A stretch of 63,990 nt of DNA, filler included, from Reclinomonas americana ATCC 50394 (GCA_048213135.1; 9 parts of 9 records of this genome joined end to end with filler, not necessarily neighbours in it), one strand, 5' to 3'. Positions 41,201 to 55,116 are shown, counted from the first letter of the whole stretch. Translations and numbers: made by a program. The notes: generated by a model not told the origin, from the letters alone.

Positions 41201-44200
41201 ATGGCACCCTCCATGTTGTTGCTCGGTCCCGATGGCGTCGGCAAGAGCGTATTCATGCGTCAACTGAACCACCAGTTGTGGCAAGTGATGGAGGAGAGCG
41301 GCGTGTTCCCGCTTCTCGTCGATCTGCCAACGCTGCGTGATCCGGTGCACCATCTCGTGTCGGAGTCTCTTGATCGCCTGATGCAGAGGTGCATTTCACG
41401 CCACCATTCCTCCCTTTTCTCTCTCGCACGCCACTCATCATCATCGCTTGATAATGTGCAGCGCTGGTCTGGAGATCACCGAGGATGAGATTGCAGAGAT
41501 GCGCGACACCATGGCCGTGGCATTCATGCTGGACGGCTACGAGGAGTTGGGACTCGACGCCAATCTCGCCGAGTCGAACAATGTTGCGCTCCACATTCGT
41601 GTTGCGCGTTCAGTGCCACAAGTCGCTGCTCACGCGCTTCTGCCGCAGCTCTTCACGTGGAAGCACTCGCGTATCATCACCACCTGCTCGGCGTCGCTGG
41701 CCGATCGCGAATCGATTGGTGATCATCGTCACCTGTTTGTACCGAGCGGCCGTGTGGATACGCTGGTGGAGCGACACGTGCTGCCGTTTGATGACGAGCA
41801 AGTGCGGCAGTACCTGGACAGGTGGCTGGCCGAGACCGGGGCGCGTGATGCGCGAAGGTCATCTTCGTCGGGCCTCACACCGCTGTCGGCCAGCAATGCG
41901 GCGACGCCCTCCAGCGGTGCTGCTGCTGGTGGTTCAGCAGCGACGACTGCACTCTCTGTGGGGATGCCGCTGTACATGGAGGCACTCGATCATTTGTCGG
42001 GGCTGGCTGAACTGTTCCGCTTGCCACTGTACGGGCGCATGCTGGCGGAGGTGCTGCCGGACGTGATGAATGTCCTCGCGGAGAGGCCGGTGGTTGAGCA
42101 AATGGTCAAGCCCAAGGTACGCGCCGCTCTTAGCATCACGGTTGGTGTCGTACGCGCGCACTGACTCGGGAGCAGGATGTGATCGAGGCCTACGTAGCAC
42201 GGTGGATTGGCAAGGAAATTCAGTGGCTCGACGACACCGAGGGCGCCACAGCACCGATCCCCAGCTACGAGCGCGTCTATAAGTTCTGCCAGTCGCTGGC
42301 GTCGGAGATGCACAAGGTACGACTCACGCACCTGCTGTGTGTAACTCGCACATCATCCTCACTCTCTTCCCTTGTTCCCTGCGCAGCGCAATGTCACCAC
42401 TGTGCACTTTGACTCGCAACAAGAACGCGTGTATGTGGAGACGGCGTTGGGGCCGCTGGAGACTGGCGTGTTTGCTCCCGAGATCTGGGGCCGCTTCTTC
42501 TCCGAGAGTGACGATATGTTGCGCATGGTGCGCGAATGCTCGCCAATCGCCTCGCCACCGGGGCGTCGGCAGTTCCGTTTCCGCCACTTGTCTCTGCTGG
42601 AGCACTTCCTGGCGTCGCATGTGTACGATTTGGCGCAGTTGACCATGGAGTCGCTGACCATCGAGTATGTGGTTCAGGTCTACTTGCTTGTCGTGCTATG
42701 GGATCCGTGACCCTTCCTTTACTTATTTTTGTGTTGCTCCGTAGCATCCGCTCAACACAATTCTCATCACCAAGCGTCATTCGCTGCTGGATCGCATCGT
42801 GGACGGCGTGTTGCAGAATCGCAAAGTACAGCGTCGTTTGTGGCACATTGTTCGCATGTCTCGGACGAACGACGATGTCTTGATTGCGGCCGCCAACTGG
42901 TGCGTGTGTGTGTTTGTGTGTGTGCCTCTCTCCTCTGTGTCGCCCACCAACACGTCTCCGTGCGCTGCAGCATCACTCTGCTCGCACGCGCCGGTGTGCC
43001 CTTCCGCACGGATCTTGACACGATTCGCGTGCGAGGCGCGGACCTGTCGGGTGCCAACATGGATGGTGCATCGATTACGGCAGCTGACCTGCGCGGTTGC
43101 GGCATGGAGGGATCGTGGATGTGCAATGCCGACTTTTACGCCTCCGACATGGACAACTCGCAGTTTTATCTGCGCCCGCACATTGCTGTCGAATCCGAAG
43201 TCGTGGAGCAGGTGTGTTTGTGCGCAGTTTCCTGTGTGCGATGCCACGCTCAATCTCCTTTGCATTCCCCAGCTGGCTACATCACCCGATGGACGGCTGG
43301 TGGCCGAGGCCAATGCCCTCAGTGACCATGTCACCATTTGGTCGGTGGAGACCGGGCAGCAAGTGGTCGAGGTAGGGATTGATTCCACTATTTCCCCCTC
43401 GTCTGCAACTGTGCATTGACTGGTTTGTTGACACAGCTGCGATCACATACGGAGCGCATCACCAGTGTGTGCTTCTCACCGTGCGGCAAGATGGTGGGCA
43501 CAGCCAGTCGCGACTTGTCCGTCAAAGTGTGGGAGGTGCCGAGTGGAAAGTTTCGTGACTTGTGGCGTGTCGCCCGCCTGTTGTTCGTGCTTCACCCCAT
43601 TAATTTTTTCTCCGTGCATAGATGCCTGTACACGTGGCCGCACGAGAGATCGGTAACCACGATTGCGTTCCTACCGACAGCCGATGCGTGTGTGGTGTCC
43701 GGGTGCTCCGACGGCAAACTGCGAGTGTGGGACATGTCGCTGGCCGGCCTCTGTGTGCACGAGTTGGACAGCAACATGGTGGACGTGACCGACATTGCGG
43801 TGGGACCGTCGCCAGCCGGCACGTTGGTGGCCACCTCGAGCAGCGATCGCAACGTCGTGGTGTGGAACGCCAGTCGCGAGTGGGAGATTCTCGCCACCAT
43901 TCCGGCTCACGAGTTGGCCGTCAATGCCGTGTGCTTTGTGGGGGTGTGTGCACGCAAACGCATTGCTGCAAAAATCACTTGTTCGCGGATCGCTAATGTG
44001 CTTTCGTGCTCCACCATGCAGCGCTACTTGGTGACGGCATCGGACGACAAGACCATGATGGTGTGGGACACGTTCACGGAGGATTTCGACTGCGTGTGTG
44101 CGCTGGCGACGCCGCAGAGCCCTGTGCTGCGGCTGGCGGCTGTCTCCACGTCGGTGCTGATCTCGCGCGAGGAATCCGGCACTGTGCGGCTATGGGATCC

Positions 44201-45870
44201 ACGGTCGTGGTTGTGCATTGGCGAGCTGGACGAGTCGGCGCGCTCCATGGCCCTCTCTGCCGACGGCACGCTGCTCGCACTCGGCGGCGCGGAGCGCATT
44301 GTGGTGGTGGATGTGGACGCGCGCATGTGCCGTCGCGTTCGGCGACCTGGCCGCGGGCACACTGGCCCCGTGCTCTGCACCGCCATTTCACCAGACGGCG
44401 ACCTCACGGCGTCGGCCGGCACCGATGGCGCCGTCTGCTTGTGGGATACGGAGAGTGGGGCGTTGGTGCGATCGTTGGTACCGTTTGCCGAAGGTGAGAT
44501 TGGGAGGGCAAGCATGAGAGAGAGAGAGAGAATGCCGCTGACGCGCGCCCACCAGACGGAGAAACACTGGCTGCCATCACCACTGTGGCCTTTTCGGAGG
44601 ACGGAGCGATGCTGGCCACCGGCGGTCGCGACTGCATGCTGTATTTGTGGGATCCGTTCAGTGGGAGCACGTTTTGTGATTTCCCGCGACATCACACTGC
44701 CGGCATCGCATCGGTGGCCTTTTCCAGCGACAGTCTTCTGCTGGCGGCTGGCGGTCTCGATCGTCGCGTGTCAGTATGGAAGACCAATGGCGGTTACCCA
44801 CTGCACACGTATGCCACCAACGAGGCGGGTCCCGTCACCGTGGTCAGGTTCTCACCGACAACGGCGACACCGACGCTGTTTGCGGCGTGCGAGAGTGGCG
44901 AAGTGTTGATTTGGGATGCGGTGCGTGTGGGAATTCGTCGTCGTCGTCTGCCGCTGTGTACTTATTATCGTGCCGGGCTCGGGTGTGCAGACGACATTCG
45001 ACTTGCTCGGCAAGATCGACAGTCTCGGTCCTGTGCACACGATTGCGCTGTCGCCCGACGGAGTGCACATGGCGTGCGACTCGCTCAGTCAGGTGCAGCT
45101 GTGGACAGTCACGCGCGACATGCGCGGATCGATGCTGCGCTGCTTTGACGGACACCAGTCGGCGGTGCCTTGTGTCACGTTCTCGGCCGACGGCAGGTTT
45201 ATTGTGTCGGCCGGTGGCGATGATGGATCGGTGTGTGTGTGTTTGCTTTGACTGTTTGTGTTGCCGCGCGTGACCTTTTCGTGCTGCGGCAGGTACAAAT
45301 ACACGCCACGGCCACGGGCGAGTGCGTAAAGGTGCTGCGTGGCCATCGCGATGCAGTGTCGGTTGCGGTCTCGCGCGACGGTGGCAGTGGTCATCCGCCG
45401 CGACTGGTGGTCGGCGGTCGCGGTGAGCACTGTGCAGCCTGTGCAGCGTCCCCTCTCGTCACTCACATGCACGCGCAGACGGCATCATGGTGTACGACAT
45501 CTCCACCATCACTGGCAAGCTTCCGTTGCTGTGGCGCACACATCGGAGATTGGAGTGCCACCGCGCCGTGATTGAAAATCTGCGTGGCCTCGGACCAAAG
45601 CACGAGCGGCTGCTGGTGCAGCACGGTGCTGTGTATGAGCGCGGTTCGTCGCATTCGAGCAGTTCTCTTCTGCGTATGTATTGTTCTCCTCATCTTGGTT
45701 TGTTTTCCGCAGCTCGTGAGGTGCATCGCGAAGTGCCAGTCGATCCGATGGTGACGGTGGCTGTCGCACCGATCGAGTTGCCGCGACCTGAGGATGGTGG
45801 CTACCGGCCCAGTCAGCAGTTGTCACCACCGACAAATGCAGCCGGATGTGGAAAAGGTGTGTCTCGATAG
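41201..45870 (+). CDS. NACHT NTPase + pentapeptide repeats + WD40 repeats (NLR-like STAND protein; 5' end in gap)
   Basis: Walker A LLGPDGVGKS, Walker B FMLDGYEE, FRFRHLSLLEHFLA, AAANCITLLARAGVPF..GADLSGANMDGASITAADLRG, then numerous GH..WD repeats; stop TAG at 45870. Confidence 0.88.
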
Positions 45871-46018
45871 CGGAAAGTGCAATTATCGAGAACTCACTAC
45901 TGACATGTGTATGCTGTGCTGCGCAGGCAAGAAGGAAAAGTGTTGTGTATTGTAGAGAAGAATGTATAAACTTGAAGGCGTGTGAAGTTGTCGGAGTTGT
46001 CCGTCGTTGTCACACACA

Positions 46019-48840
46019 ATGCTATTCGCCAGCAGAGCACACGCTCTGCTGATCGCCCACCATGCAACACGCAACAGCAGTCGCACACTGTTCACGGTGG
46101 ATCTCACACACAACCTCGCATGCACACACACACAACGAAACTCCGCTCACATCTCTCCTTTCTGTTGTGCACATGCAGCGGAGTCCGCATCGCCCTCCAG
46201 TGGCCACCATGGGCGTCCTCTTGCAGCAGCGATCGTTGATGCCGATGCGCGCCATGCCTCCGAGTGAGAAGATCGACAAGGAGATGTCGACGAGTGAGCT
46301 GGTGGACAAGCTGCGTGGGTTTCTGTGGCCCGAACGCTCCGATCTGCGTGTGCGTGTGCTGGCGGCACTCGGCTTGCTGGTTGTCTCCAAGGTGCGTTTT
46401 TTAATGTTGCTCTCTCTGTGGATGCGAGGGAAGGGGATCGTCAAGTATGCAATCGCAGGGTGCCAACGTGGCGACTCCGTTCTTCATGAAGTACGCGGTG
46501 GACGAGCTGTCTACGAACACAGACACTGTGGTTGCACTGGCGGCGTCGCCCATTGCGTTGATCGTCGGCTGTTGCGTGACGCGACAAGGCAAGACACGCT
46601 CACTCTCGTTTCGCCCTCACTCACTCTGTGCGCGTGCAGATGGCGCGGCTCGCTCACTGGCCTCGCTGACCAACGAGGCGCGTAATGCGGTGTACGGCAA
46701 GGTGGCACAGGCCTCGATTCGCAGCATGGCCGATCGCGTGTTTGCGCACCTGCATGCGCTGGATCTCGGCTTCCACCACAATCGCCAGACGGGCGCTCTG
46801 GCGCGGGTGATTGATCGCGGAACGCGCGGCATCAACTTTGTGCTGCAGGCGCTCGTGTTCAACATTGCCCCGACGATTCTGGAGATTGCACTCGTGTGCA
46901 CGATCTTGGTGCGTTGCGAGCGAGGGTGCAGTGCCGAGGTCGCCGGAGACTCATCCGTGCATTCGTGCACAGGGACTGAAACTTGGTCCGCTGTACGCTG
47001 CCACCGCTCTCGGTACAGTCGCGGCCTACACGGCATTCACGCTAGCGGTGACGCAGTGGCGGTTCGTGTGGGGGCAAGACGGAAGATGGTGCATGTTTGC
47101 TGCTCACCCCACTCCGCAGGACCAAATTCCGCCTGCAAATGAACGACATGGACAACAAGAGCTCTGCCAAGGCCATCGACTCGCTCATCAACTACGAAAC
47201 CGTGAAGGTGAGGCAGTGTGTGCTCCCTGTGCATCTTCCAGCTCGCCTCCCAAACATGCTCATTTTCGTGCACGCAGTACTTTGGCAAGGAGTCGCACGA
47301 GATCAAGCAGTACGACCGCTACCTGCAGGGCTACGAGGCTGCATCGCTAAAGACGGTCACCAGCCTGTCGCTGCTGAACTTTGGACAGAGTGCAATCTTT
47401 TCTGTCGCCCTCACGGCTCTGATGGTCATGGCGGCCACTGGCGTGCGCTCGGGTGCGTCTCGATGCGTATAGAGTACCGTATGCGCACGTTTTCCTCACT
47501 ATTGACGTGCAGGCACGATGAGTGTCGGCGACGTGGTGATGGTGAATGGTTTGCTGTTCCAGCTCTCCATTCCACTCAACTTTCTCGGCTCCGTGTACCG
47601 CGAAGTGAAGCAGTCGGCGGTGGACATGCAAAACATGTTTGCGCTGCTGAAAGTGGAGCCCTCTGTCAAGGCAAGTCGAGGCCACGCAAAGGAATAGCAG
47701 AGGGCATTCACTTATGTGTTGTTTTCGCACTGCAGGATCGTGTCGACGCCGCCAAACTGGAGTTTCGTCGCGGTGACATTGAGTTCGAGGACGTGCACTT
47801 TGGCTACGACGCGAATCGCTCGATCCTCAACGGCCTCTCCTTCAAGGTGCCAGCCGGCCAGACATTTGCCTTTGTGGGCGCCAGTGGCAGCGGGTTTGTG
47901 AAAGTGTGTGTGCAGCCAACTCACTTGTGTGTGTGTGCTGATCGCTGCTGTTTTCGGCAGCAAATCCACCATTCTCAAGCTCCTCTTCCGCTTCATGCAA
48001 CCCGACAAGGGACGCATCCTGGTCGACGGGCAGGATATCTCACAAGTGTCGGTGGCCAGCCTGCGCTCCCACATTGGTGTGATTCCGCAGGACACGATCT
48101 TGTTCAACGACACTGTGCGCTACAACATTGCCTACGGGTCGCCTAAGGATCCGGTGCGCTGAACAACAACGTCAACAGCTTCCTGCACGTGCACTCTTCT
48201 TCTCATCACACGCACACACATAGGCGCAAGTCACAGACATGGAGGTCGAGGATGCGGCTCGGGCGGCGCGCATTCATGACACTGTGTTGAAGTTGCCGAA
48301 GGGGTATCAGTCGGTGGTGGGCGAGCGCGGTGTCAAGTTGTCGGGCGGCGAGAAGCAGCGGGTGGCGATTGCGCGCACCGTTGCGTCTCTCCTCATTGTT
48401 TCATGTCCCTTGGTGTCGCGTGCTGTGAACTCAACAATGGAGTTGGTGACCCGACAGATTCTGAAGCGACCGCAAATCCTGCTGTGCGACGAGGCCACCT
48501 CGTCGCTGGACTCGCACACGGAGCGTGACATTATGCACTCGTTGGCCGAGTTGCGACGCGACTCCACGGGCATTTTCATCGCCCACCGACTGTCGACAGT
48601 GATGGACTGCGACTGCATTCTGGTGCTGGAGAACGGCAGAGTGGTCGAGTCGGGCACGCACTCGGAGCTGCTGGTGCAGGGCGGTCGGTACGCGCAAATG
48701 TGGTACAAGCAGTTGCTGGCCGACGACGAGGAGGAGGCCAAGAGGTGAGTGCGCTCGAAATGGGACAAGGCTGGCTCACATGGTGTCCTCACTCGATGAT
48801 GCATTCGTACGGCAGGCCAGAGGCAGCAGTGAGCAAATGA
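46019..48840 (+). CDS. ABCB7: mitochondrial ABC transporter ABCB7/ATM1 (12 introns)
   Basis: Arg-rich presequence, [95 protein letters not shown]. Confidence 0.96.
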
Positions 48841-49342
48841 AGGAACACATAGATTGTTGCGTAATACTGCAGCTGCATGATGATCACCAGTGTGCCACGA
48901 GAAACCGAGACATCAAGTTCATTCATCGTGTTTTCGCGTGGGATCGAGTGCAGGTTGTCTCGGAAAATTGGAGCAAGGGCGACAGACAGAGAGTTTTGCA
49001 TGACGCACAGCTGTACCGCTCATGTGCATCCGGCGCCGGCCTGCATGCAGGTTTCGAATTCGCGCAACTGTTTGCTATGTGGAAATGACCCTTGATCATG
49101 TCTCTTGTACATTGTGCCCTCGGCCTTGTATCCTTGCGCCCCTGACCACCCTCGCTTAGTGGATGAAGGCTGGTTAAAACAGTCAACTTCCGAGTCTCCG
49201 TCGAGCCTGTTGTCCCACCTCCCCGTTTTGTTTTTAATCTCCGACGAAAGAGGTGAGTGATGCACACTCGCTCGAATCTCGCATTCCCGCAACTCTTGTC
49301 CGCCTCACTCTCACCCCCTTGCCCACCACCAGACTCATCATC

Positions 49343-49579
49343 ATGGACCTGTTGAACTCCGCCAAGGGTGCTGCTAACTCCGCCGCCGGCTCTGTGGCCG
49401 GTGCCGCCAAGTCCGAGGCCTCCAACGTCGGCAACAAGGCGCAGGGTGCCGCCTCGAGCGCCGCCAGCGCTGCCGGCAACAAGGCGCAGGGTGCTGCCTC
49501 GAGCGCTGCCAACGCGGCGTCCAACAAGGCCTCGGGTGCCGTGAACGCACTCGGCAACAAGATTGGCGGTCTCTTCTAA
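49343..49579 (+). CDS. 78-aa Ala/Ser/Gly/Asn-rich repeat protein (LEA/hydrophilin-like)
   Basis: Intronless CDS MDLLNSAKGAANSAAGSVAGAAKSEASNVGNKAQGAASSAASAAGNKAQGAASSAANAASNKASGAVNALGNKIGGLF*, with strong C-ending codon bias and a probable 5'UTR intron at ~49253-49332. Confidence 0.8.
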   Translation: MDLLNSAKGAANSAAGSVAGAAKSEASNVGNKAQGAASSAASAAGNKAQGAASSAANAASNKASGAVNALGNKIGGLF

Positions 49580-49873
49580 AAAGCTTCCTGTGTGTGCGAG
49601 TGCACAACTGCGGCAAAATGAATGCAAGCAAAGACATGCTGTCTCCCTGCGCTTTTCAACACGTGCACACTGCATGGTAAACAAAGATGCGGAGAAACTC
49701 ACATACACGCACGCTCACATGCGCATGTGTGACTGCTGCACGCACATATCACATGACAGTCCACAGAAGCATGCACACGCGTACTCAACTCTCGCGCGTG
49801 TGCGTGTGCATGTGTTCCGTGCGCGAGAGAGAAACTGCCACGTGCCCGTTTTAGCATGTCAATTCATTCACTA

Positions 49874-51859
49874 TTAGTGTCTCCGATCACCAGAGTGGTG
49901 GCTGCGGTGATGGTGGTGGTGATGATCGTGGCGACGGTGCTTACGAGATGGCGAACGGGACCGCGACCGCGACCGCGACCGCCGACTGGATGATCTATGA
50001 TGATGTGAGTCCTTGTGACGTCGCTCCGGCGGTGATTTCGGAGAGCGTGAGCGTGGCCGCGCTCGAGGCGGTGATGGTGACCGTGAACGTGAACGGCGTG
50101 GTGGTGGTGGTGGTGGTGGTGGTCGCTGGCGAGGCGGCGAGGGAGAACGCGAGCGTGAGCGGCGTGTTGGCGCTGGTGGCCGCGCACGAGGTGGTGTCGG
50201 TGACCGGGAACGCGACCGCGGTCGCTTGGACCCAGCCGCTGCCAGAACGGGGGCTGGCACAGGTGCAGCTGCAGCTGGTGGTGGTGGTGGCGGCGACGGC
50301 GCTCGGGGACGCTCGACAATCACTTTTTGGCTCTTCTGCTCCTCCTCCTCCTCCGCGTCGTCGTCGTCATCACTGCCGTAGGCGGCGAGGATGCCGAGTA
50401 CGTCGGCGCCGGCCTCTTCTTCGTCCGCGTCGTCCTTCTCGCTCGCTGCTGCTGCTGCTGCTGTGGATGCCGCCAACATGATCGAGGGCGACGAGGTTGG
50501 CGTGGTCGAGGTCGCCGCCATCGTCGTCGCTGCACGGCCGTGACGGCGCTCACCTGAGCAGTACGTGCCGCAGGCAGCAGAGAGCAATCACCAAGAAACA
50601 ATGCGACGTGTGAGCGCACTCGCCCACAATGCCAAGTCACACACGGATGCATACGAAAGGAGACAAGGGGCAAACAGCGAGAAACATCACACGAGAGAGA
50701 GTACAGCGGTGCGATGCATACTCTTGTTTTCCCGCAACACCGCACTGGCCACCTCCACAAACAGGTCGTGCGTGACCTCGGAGAACACCTCCGTCAGCAC
50801 GCGCCTGAGTTCCTTATCCTGCACCACACACGCGTCAAAACACTGCTGCTTAACTCAAGGCCCTCGCAAACACATCCATCGTACCCTGAGCGCACGCAGA
50901 TCGGCGTCCGACAGCGCAGACCAGTGACTCTCCTCGGTCTCGCTGATCACGCCCGCGTGTAGCACACCACCCCGTTGCCACACGCCACCCTTCTCACTTC
51001 CATCGGCCACAGTGGAGGCAGACGCCGCCGCCAAGAGCTCAGCCTCCTTTCTCCTGTTGGCCTCCTCCTCATCACCGTCGTCATCGTCGTCGTCGTCGTT
51101 GTCCTCGGTGGCCGTCAGCAAGCTGTACCCATCCACCGCGGTTCGCTTGCTGCGCACACGATGCTGGTCGATGAGCGACTGAGCCATGCATCGTCCCTCA
51201 AAAACACACCCGCAGTACCTGGTCGCCATGCTTGCATGCAGCGCCTCCTTGGCCTTCTTCTCCATCTCCTTTTGCTTCTCCTCGACCATGTGCTGCCGCA
51301 GCCACACCGGCACCTCCGGCTTCTTCCCCACCACCGTCGGCGCCAGCGCATGCACTCCCTGGTGGTGTCGCGTGGCCACCACCGCTGCCGCTGCCTCCAC
51401 CGCCGCACGCACAAGCGGTGGCGCACGCACAGCCGCAGCCGGCAGCGGCATCGGTGGAGGCGATTGATACGAAGAGTGGCCAGAGATGGCGGCCAGCGCA
51501 TCAAACACAGCTGGTTGTGGTTGAGGCGGTGGCGGTGGCGGCGGTGGTGGCTGCGGAGGATACGACGAGTACATTGGCGGCATCTGGTGTGGCATTGGCT
51601 GTGGATGTGGTGCGTAGTGCTGCGCATGCGGGTGCTGCTGCTGAGGGTGGTAATACGGCTGCGGTTGTTGAGGATAATAGTGTGGTGGTGGTGGAGGAGG
51701 AGGAGGAGGAGGCGGAATGTGATGATGCTGGTGGTGCGGATGGTATCCATGTTGTTGCATGTGATGCTGCATGTGATGTGGCGGCGGTGGTGGAGCGTAG
51801 TATGCAGGTGGATAGGTATGCGGCGGAACGACCACCTCATCGTCGGCCGAGCAGTCCAT
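49874..51859 (-). CDS. PNISR: PNISR (SRrp130)-like Pro-rich/RS-domain protein
   Basis: P/Q/H-rich N-terminus, VPVWLRQHMVEEKQKEMEKK, ELRRVLTEVFSEVTHDLFVEVA, LGILAAYGSDDD, and RS-repeat C-terminus. Confidence 0.7.
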
Positions 51860-52099
51860 TTGCTGCAGAGGGGGAGGAGGAGGAGAAGTGTCACAAGGAA
51901 AAGTCGGGCATCATCACCAGCGCGCACGCGCATCGCCCCATTCCACGCGCTGTGCCATCTTTGGCGCACTACACAGCGATGCCGTACCTCGTCCATCGTT
52001 GCTGTGCGTTGGGAACGCGCGCTTGTGATGTGATATGAGGCGATCGCAGTGAGTCACTCTTTATTGTCCCGCTCTCTCATTGCAATCTCTCAACACTCA

Positions 52100-53700
52100 A
52101 TGGGCGAGTATCTCTTCGCCCACAGCTTTTCCGCACCCGGGGGGGCCGGGTCAGGCGCAGGAGGAGCACCAGGAGGAGGAGGAGCAGGAGGTACGTGTGG
52201 CGTGTGAGGGTTTGTGTGTGTTACGCAGCAAATGGCGCGCGCGCGCGCAACTTTTTTCTTTTGATGTGCCCTTGTCGCGCTGCCTCCTGGCGCGCCCCCG
52301 CGTGTGCGCACTCTGCACGCCACGTGTTGCATGGTGTTTGTGAGCACCAATGCGCTGTGTGGGCGGCGGTGGCGGGGCGTGTGTGTGTGCTGTGAGAGAT
52401 CTCTGTGTGTGCCTTGTCTGTCAACACACACGCGCACTCACTTGTCGCAGTTGGGCTCCTCTGTCTCTTTCTCTCCTCCTGTGCCTGAGTGTGTGCACTC
52501 TCTCACACACGCGCGCGCGTGCGTGCGCACGAGAATGTGTGTCTGTTTGACATCTGAGTGTGTGTGTGCACGTTGCAACGGGTAGAGAAAATTTTGCGCG
52601 TCCCTCACTCTCTCTCCTCGCTCTCTTTCCCCACACAGGTGCACGTGGCTATGGTGGTGTCCCGTCACCACCACTGCCAGGCATGAGCTCGCCGTATCAA
52701 CTTGTTGCGTCGCACACGTGCGAGTTGCTTCCTCGCACACACCACACACGCGCACTGACGATGTTGTTGTTGTCGTTGTCAGGGTGCCGGTGGCTACCCG
52801 CCATCAAACGGTGCGGCTGGTGGTGCTGGTGGTCAGCCGAAACCTACATCGCAGCAGCAGCAGCAGCAGTTGTTCTCAGCCTTCTCCGCAGGCCCACCAC
52901 CATCATCGTCTGTATTGGGCGCAGCAAATGGTCGCATGGATGGCGGTCTACCATCAGGACCACCGCAGGTATGCCACACAGTACGCGCGCTCTCTCTTTG
53001 TGTGTGCCTGTTCATGCGTCGGTGGTTGCTGATGAACTCTTTCCAGGCTCCCATGGGTCTGGGGCTGGGCGGTGCCTCGCAGCAGCAGCAGGCGCAACAA
53101 CGAATGCCGTTCCGCGGTGGCTTCCCGCAGCATCAGTTCCACCAGCAGCCTGTGCACTCACAACACGCCGCGTACATGTCGTCGAGTGCCAGCGACATGT
53201 TTGCCATGATGGACGGTGATTGTCGATGTGCCGTGTGTGTGTGCGTAAAGAGACAAATGTGGCCTCACGCGTGTGTTTTGGCAGATGTAACGTCGATGCA
53301 CTACGGTCCAGATCCAGTGTATGATGCTCAGTTCTACCCAATGCGACGAATCCCCGACGGCCATCAGATGATGGGTGCCGGCGACCATCCACAACACGTG
53401 CGTGCAGTGCAACGTGGGCGTGCGGATCGTTTCTTTCATTGACTGACCACCCGCTGCGCAACAGATGCATCATCCCTCCATGGTTCCTCATCAGCATCAC
53501 CAACCACCGCAAGTACCGCCACCACAGCCGCAGCAGCCCGAGTTTTCGTTTCAAAACGAGGACTTTCCCGCGCTGCCCTCAACGCGGACAGTTGGTAATG
53601 CCAAGGACCGGAAAGGAGATCCTTCAAGATCCGATCGCATGGTTCGTACGACACTTCTGACACGAGAAGGGAGACAGAGAGAATAACGAGCGCTGACTGC
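52100..53700 (+). CDS. CNOT2: CCR4-NOT subunit NOT2-like, N-terminal part (NOT box not visible)
   Basis: Gly/Gln-rich exons leading to PEFSFQNEDFPALP, the conserved NOT2 motif. Truncated by gap. Confidence 0.6.
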
Positions 53701-53800
53701 NNNNNNNNNNNNNNNNNNNNNNNNNNNNNNNNNNNNNNNNNNNNTTAATTAATTAANNNNNNNNNNNNNNNNNNNNNNNNNNNNNNNNNNNNNNNNNNNN

Positions 53801-55116
53801 TGGACGGGGTGAGGTGCGCCGATGGGAGATGAGGTCGTCGGCCACAACAAACACTCACCATCAGCACCAGCATGGAGCCCTTGATGAGAGTCGCAATGGA
53901 AATCGTCGCTGCAATCACCACAGCGCCGAAGATGACAGTGGCCGTGAAGACCACCCAGAAACCGTACAGCACGAAGGATGGACTGCACGCCAGTCAGTCA
54001 GCGGAGCACAACGTCGAAGAAGAGCATTGGTGCGCAACTTGAGGCCAATCAGCTCGCCCCACGCCTTGGAACCGGCGAGTGAGTAGCTGATGAGAATGGA
54101 AATACTGCCAGCAGGCGGAGCAGTGAGACAGCGGCTGGAAGAGAGAGAGAGCGGGGGGAGGGCACACGCGCAAGCGAACGAAACAAGTGCAACACCACCG
54201 ACGCATCAAAGATCTTTTGCGCCGTGGGGCCCAGAAAGATCTTGCCCATCGCGTGCAGATCGGGACCCTTGCTGAGGAAGCGCGGTGTCTTCTTGCCCTT
54301 GTTGGCCTCGCCTGCAAGCAGACGTTGGCCTCCATCCACGAGAAACAAGAGGATCAGGGACGCAAGAGCAAACCATGCGGATTCAGCACAATCGTGGCCG
54401 AGTCGACGCTTGCTCCTTCTGGTGGATCGTTGTGCTGTGTAGCCATGCATGTGAGAAGAGAGGGAGGAGAAGAGTGAATGGAGAGTGCGATGAATCCACC
54501 TCGTTGTCTCGCTGCTGTTCTCTCCTCATCTCCGTGATCTGTGTGCACTGCAGCAACTCGACCATGTACAATGCCGTCAGCACCTGCGCAAACACACGCA
54601 CTGAGCACACAGAAGGGCGACTGGTGCGAGGTGACACATTCCGCCCGCGAACCTGCATCACTACACACACAGAGAAGTTGGTGATGAAAGGCCATGGCCC
54701 AGAGGAACCCAGTTTCACAGGCAGAGCGAGAATGCCAGTGCCTGTATGCACACACACACAATGAGTGTGTGAGAGTGCGAGGCAACGCATTTCATCTTCT
54801 TCTCTCTCTCGCTCACCCAACACTGTGGCCACTGTGGCAAAGAAGGCGGCCACAAAGGTGAACCACGACGCCGGCTTATTACCGAGCTGACGGGTCTGTC
54901 TTGCGTGTGAGAGGCAGAAGGAGAGCAAAGAGAGAGAGAGAGCAAGGACATGGCGCGCGCAACTGGGTCGTAAGGTGGCCCCGACTCTGCACTGGCGCTC
55001 AGTGTGGTCACCGGTGAGGAGCTTAGTGAGGAGGCTGTGGAGTCGGAGAGCACCGCCGTGGCACCGTTGCCGCTGCCCACAGAGAGCGGCCAGGTGCTGG
55101 CGCTGCCTCCACTCAT
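53801..55116 (-). CDS. amino acid transporter (APC/AAAP-like), 5' part
   Basis: AFFATVATVLG/TGILALPVKLGSSG.., YMVELLQ, DLHAMGKIFLG..IFDASVVLH..SILISYS, FHCDSHQGL-region hydrophobic exon VIAATISIATLIKGSMLVLM. Confidence 0.8.

Noticed and set aside
48878..49075. C-box-like ATGATGA and a cluster of short palindromes after ABCB7
   Set aside because: No nearby D box or terminal stem, so a snoRNA is not supportable.
49128..49250. GTATCCTTG, a possible GT-AG U12 donor
   Set aside because: Intergenic, with no convincing CCTTRAC branch site and no exon frame to test.
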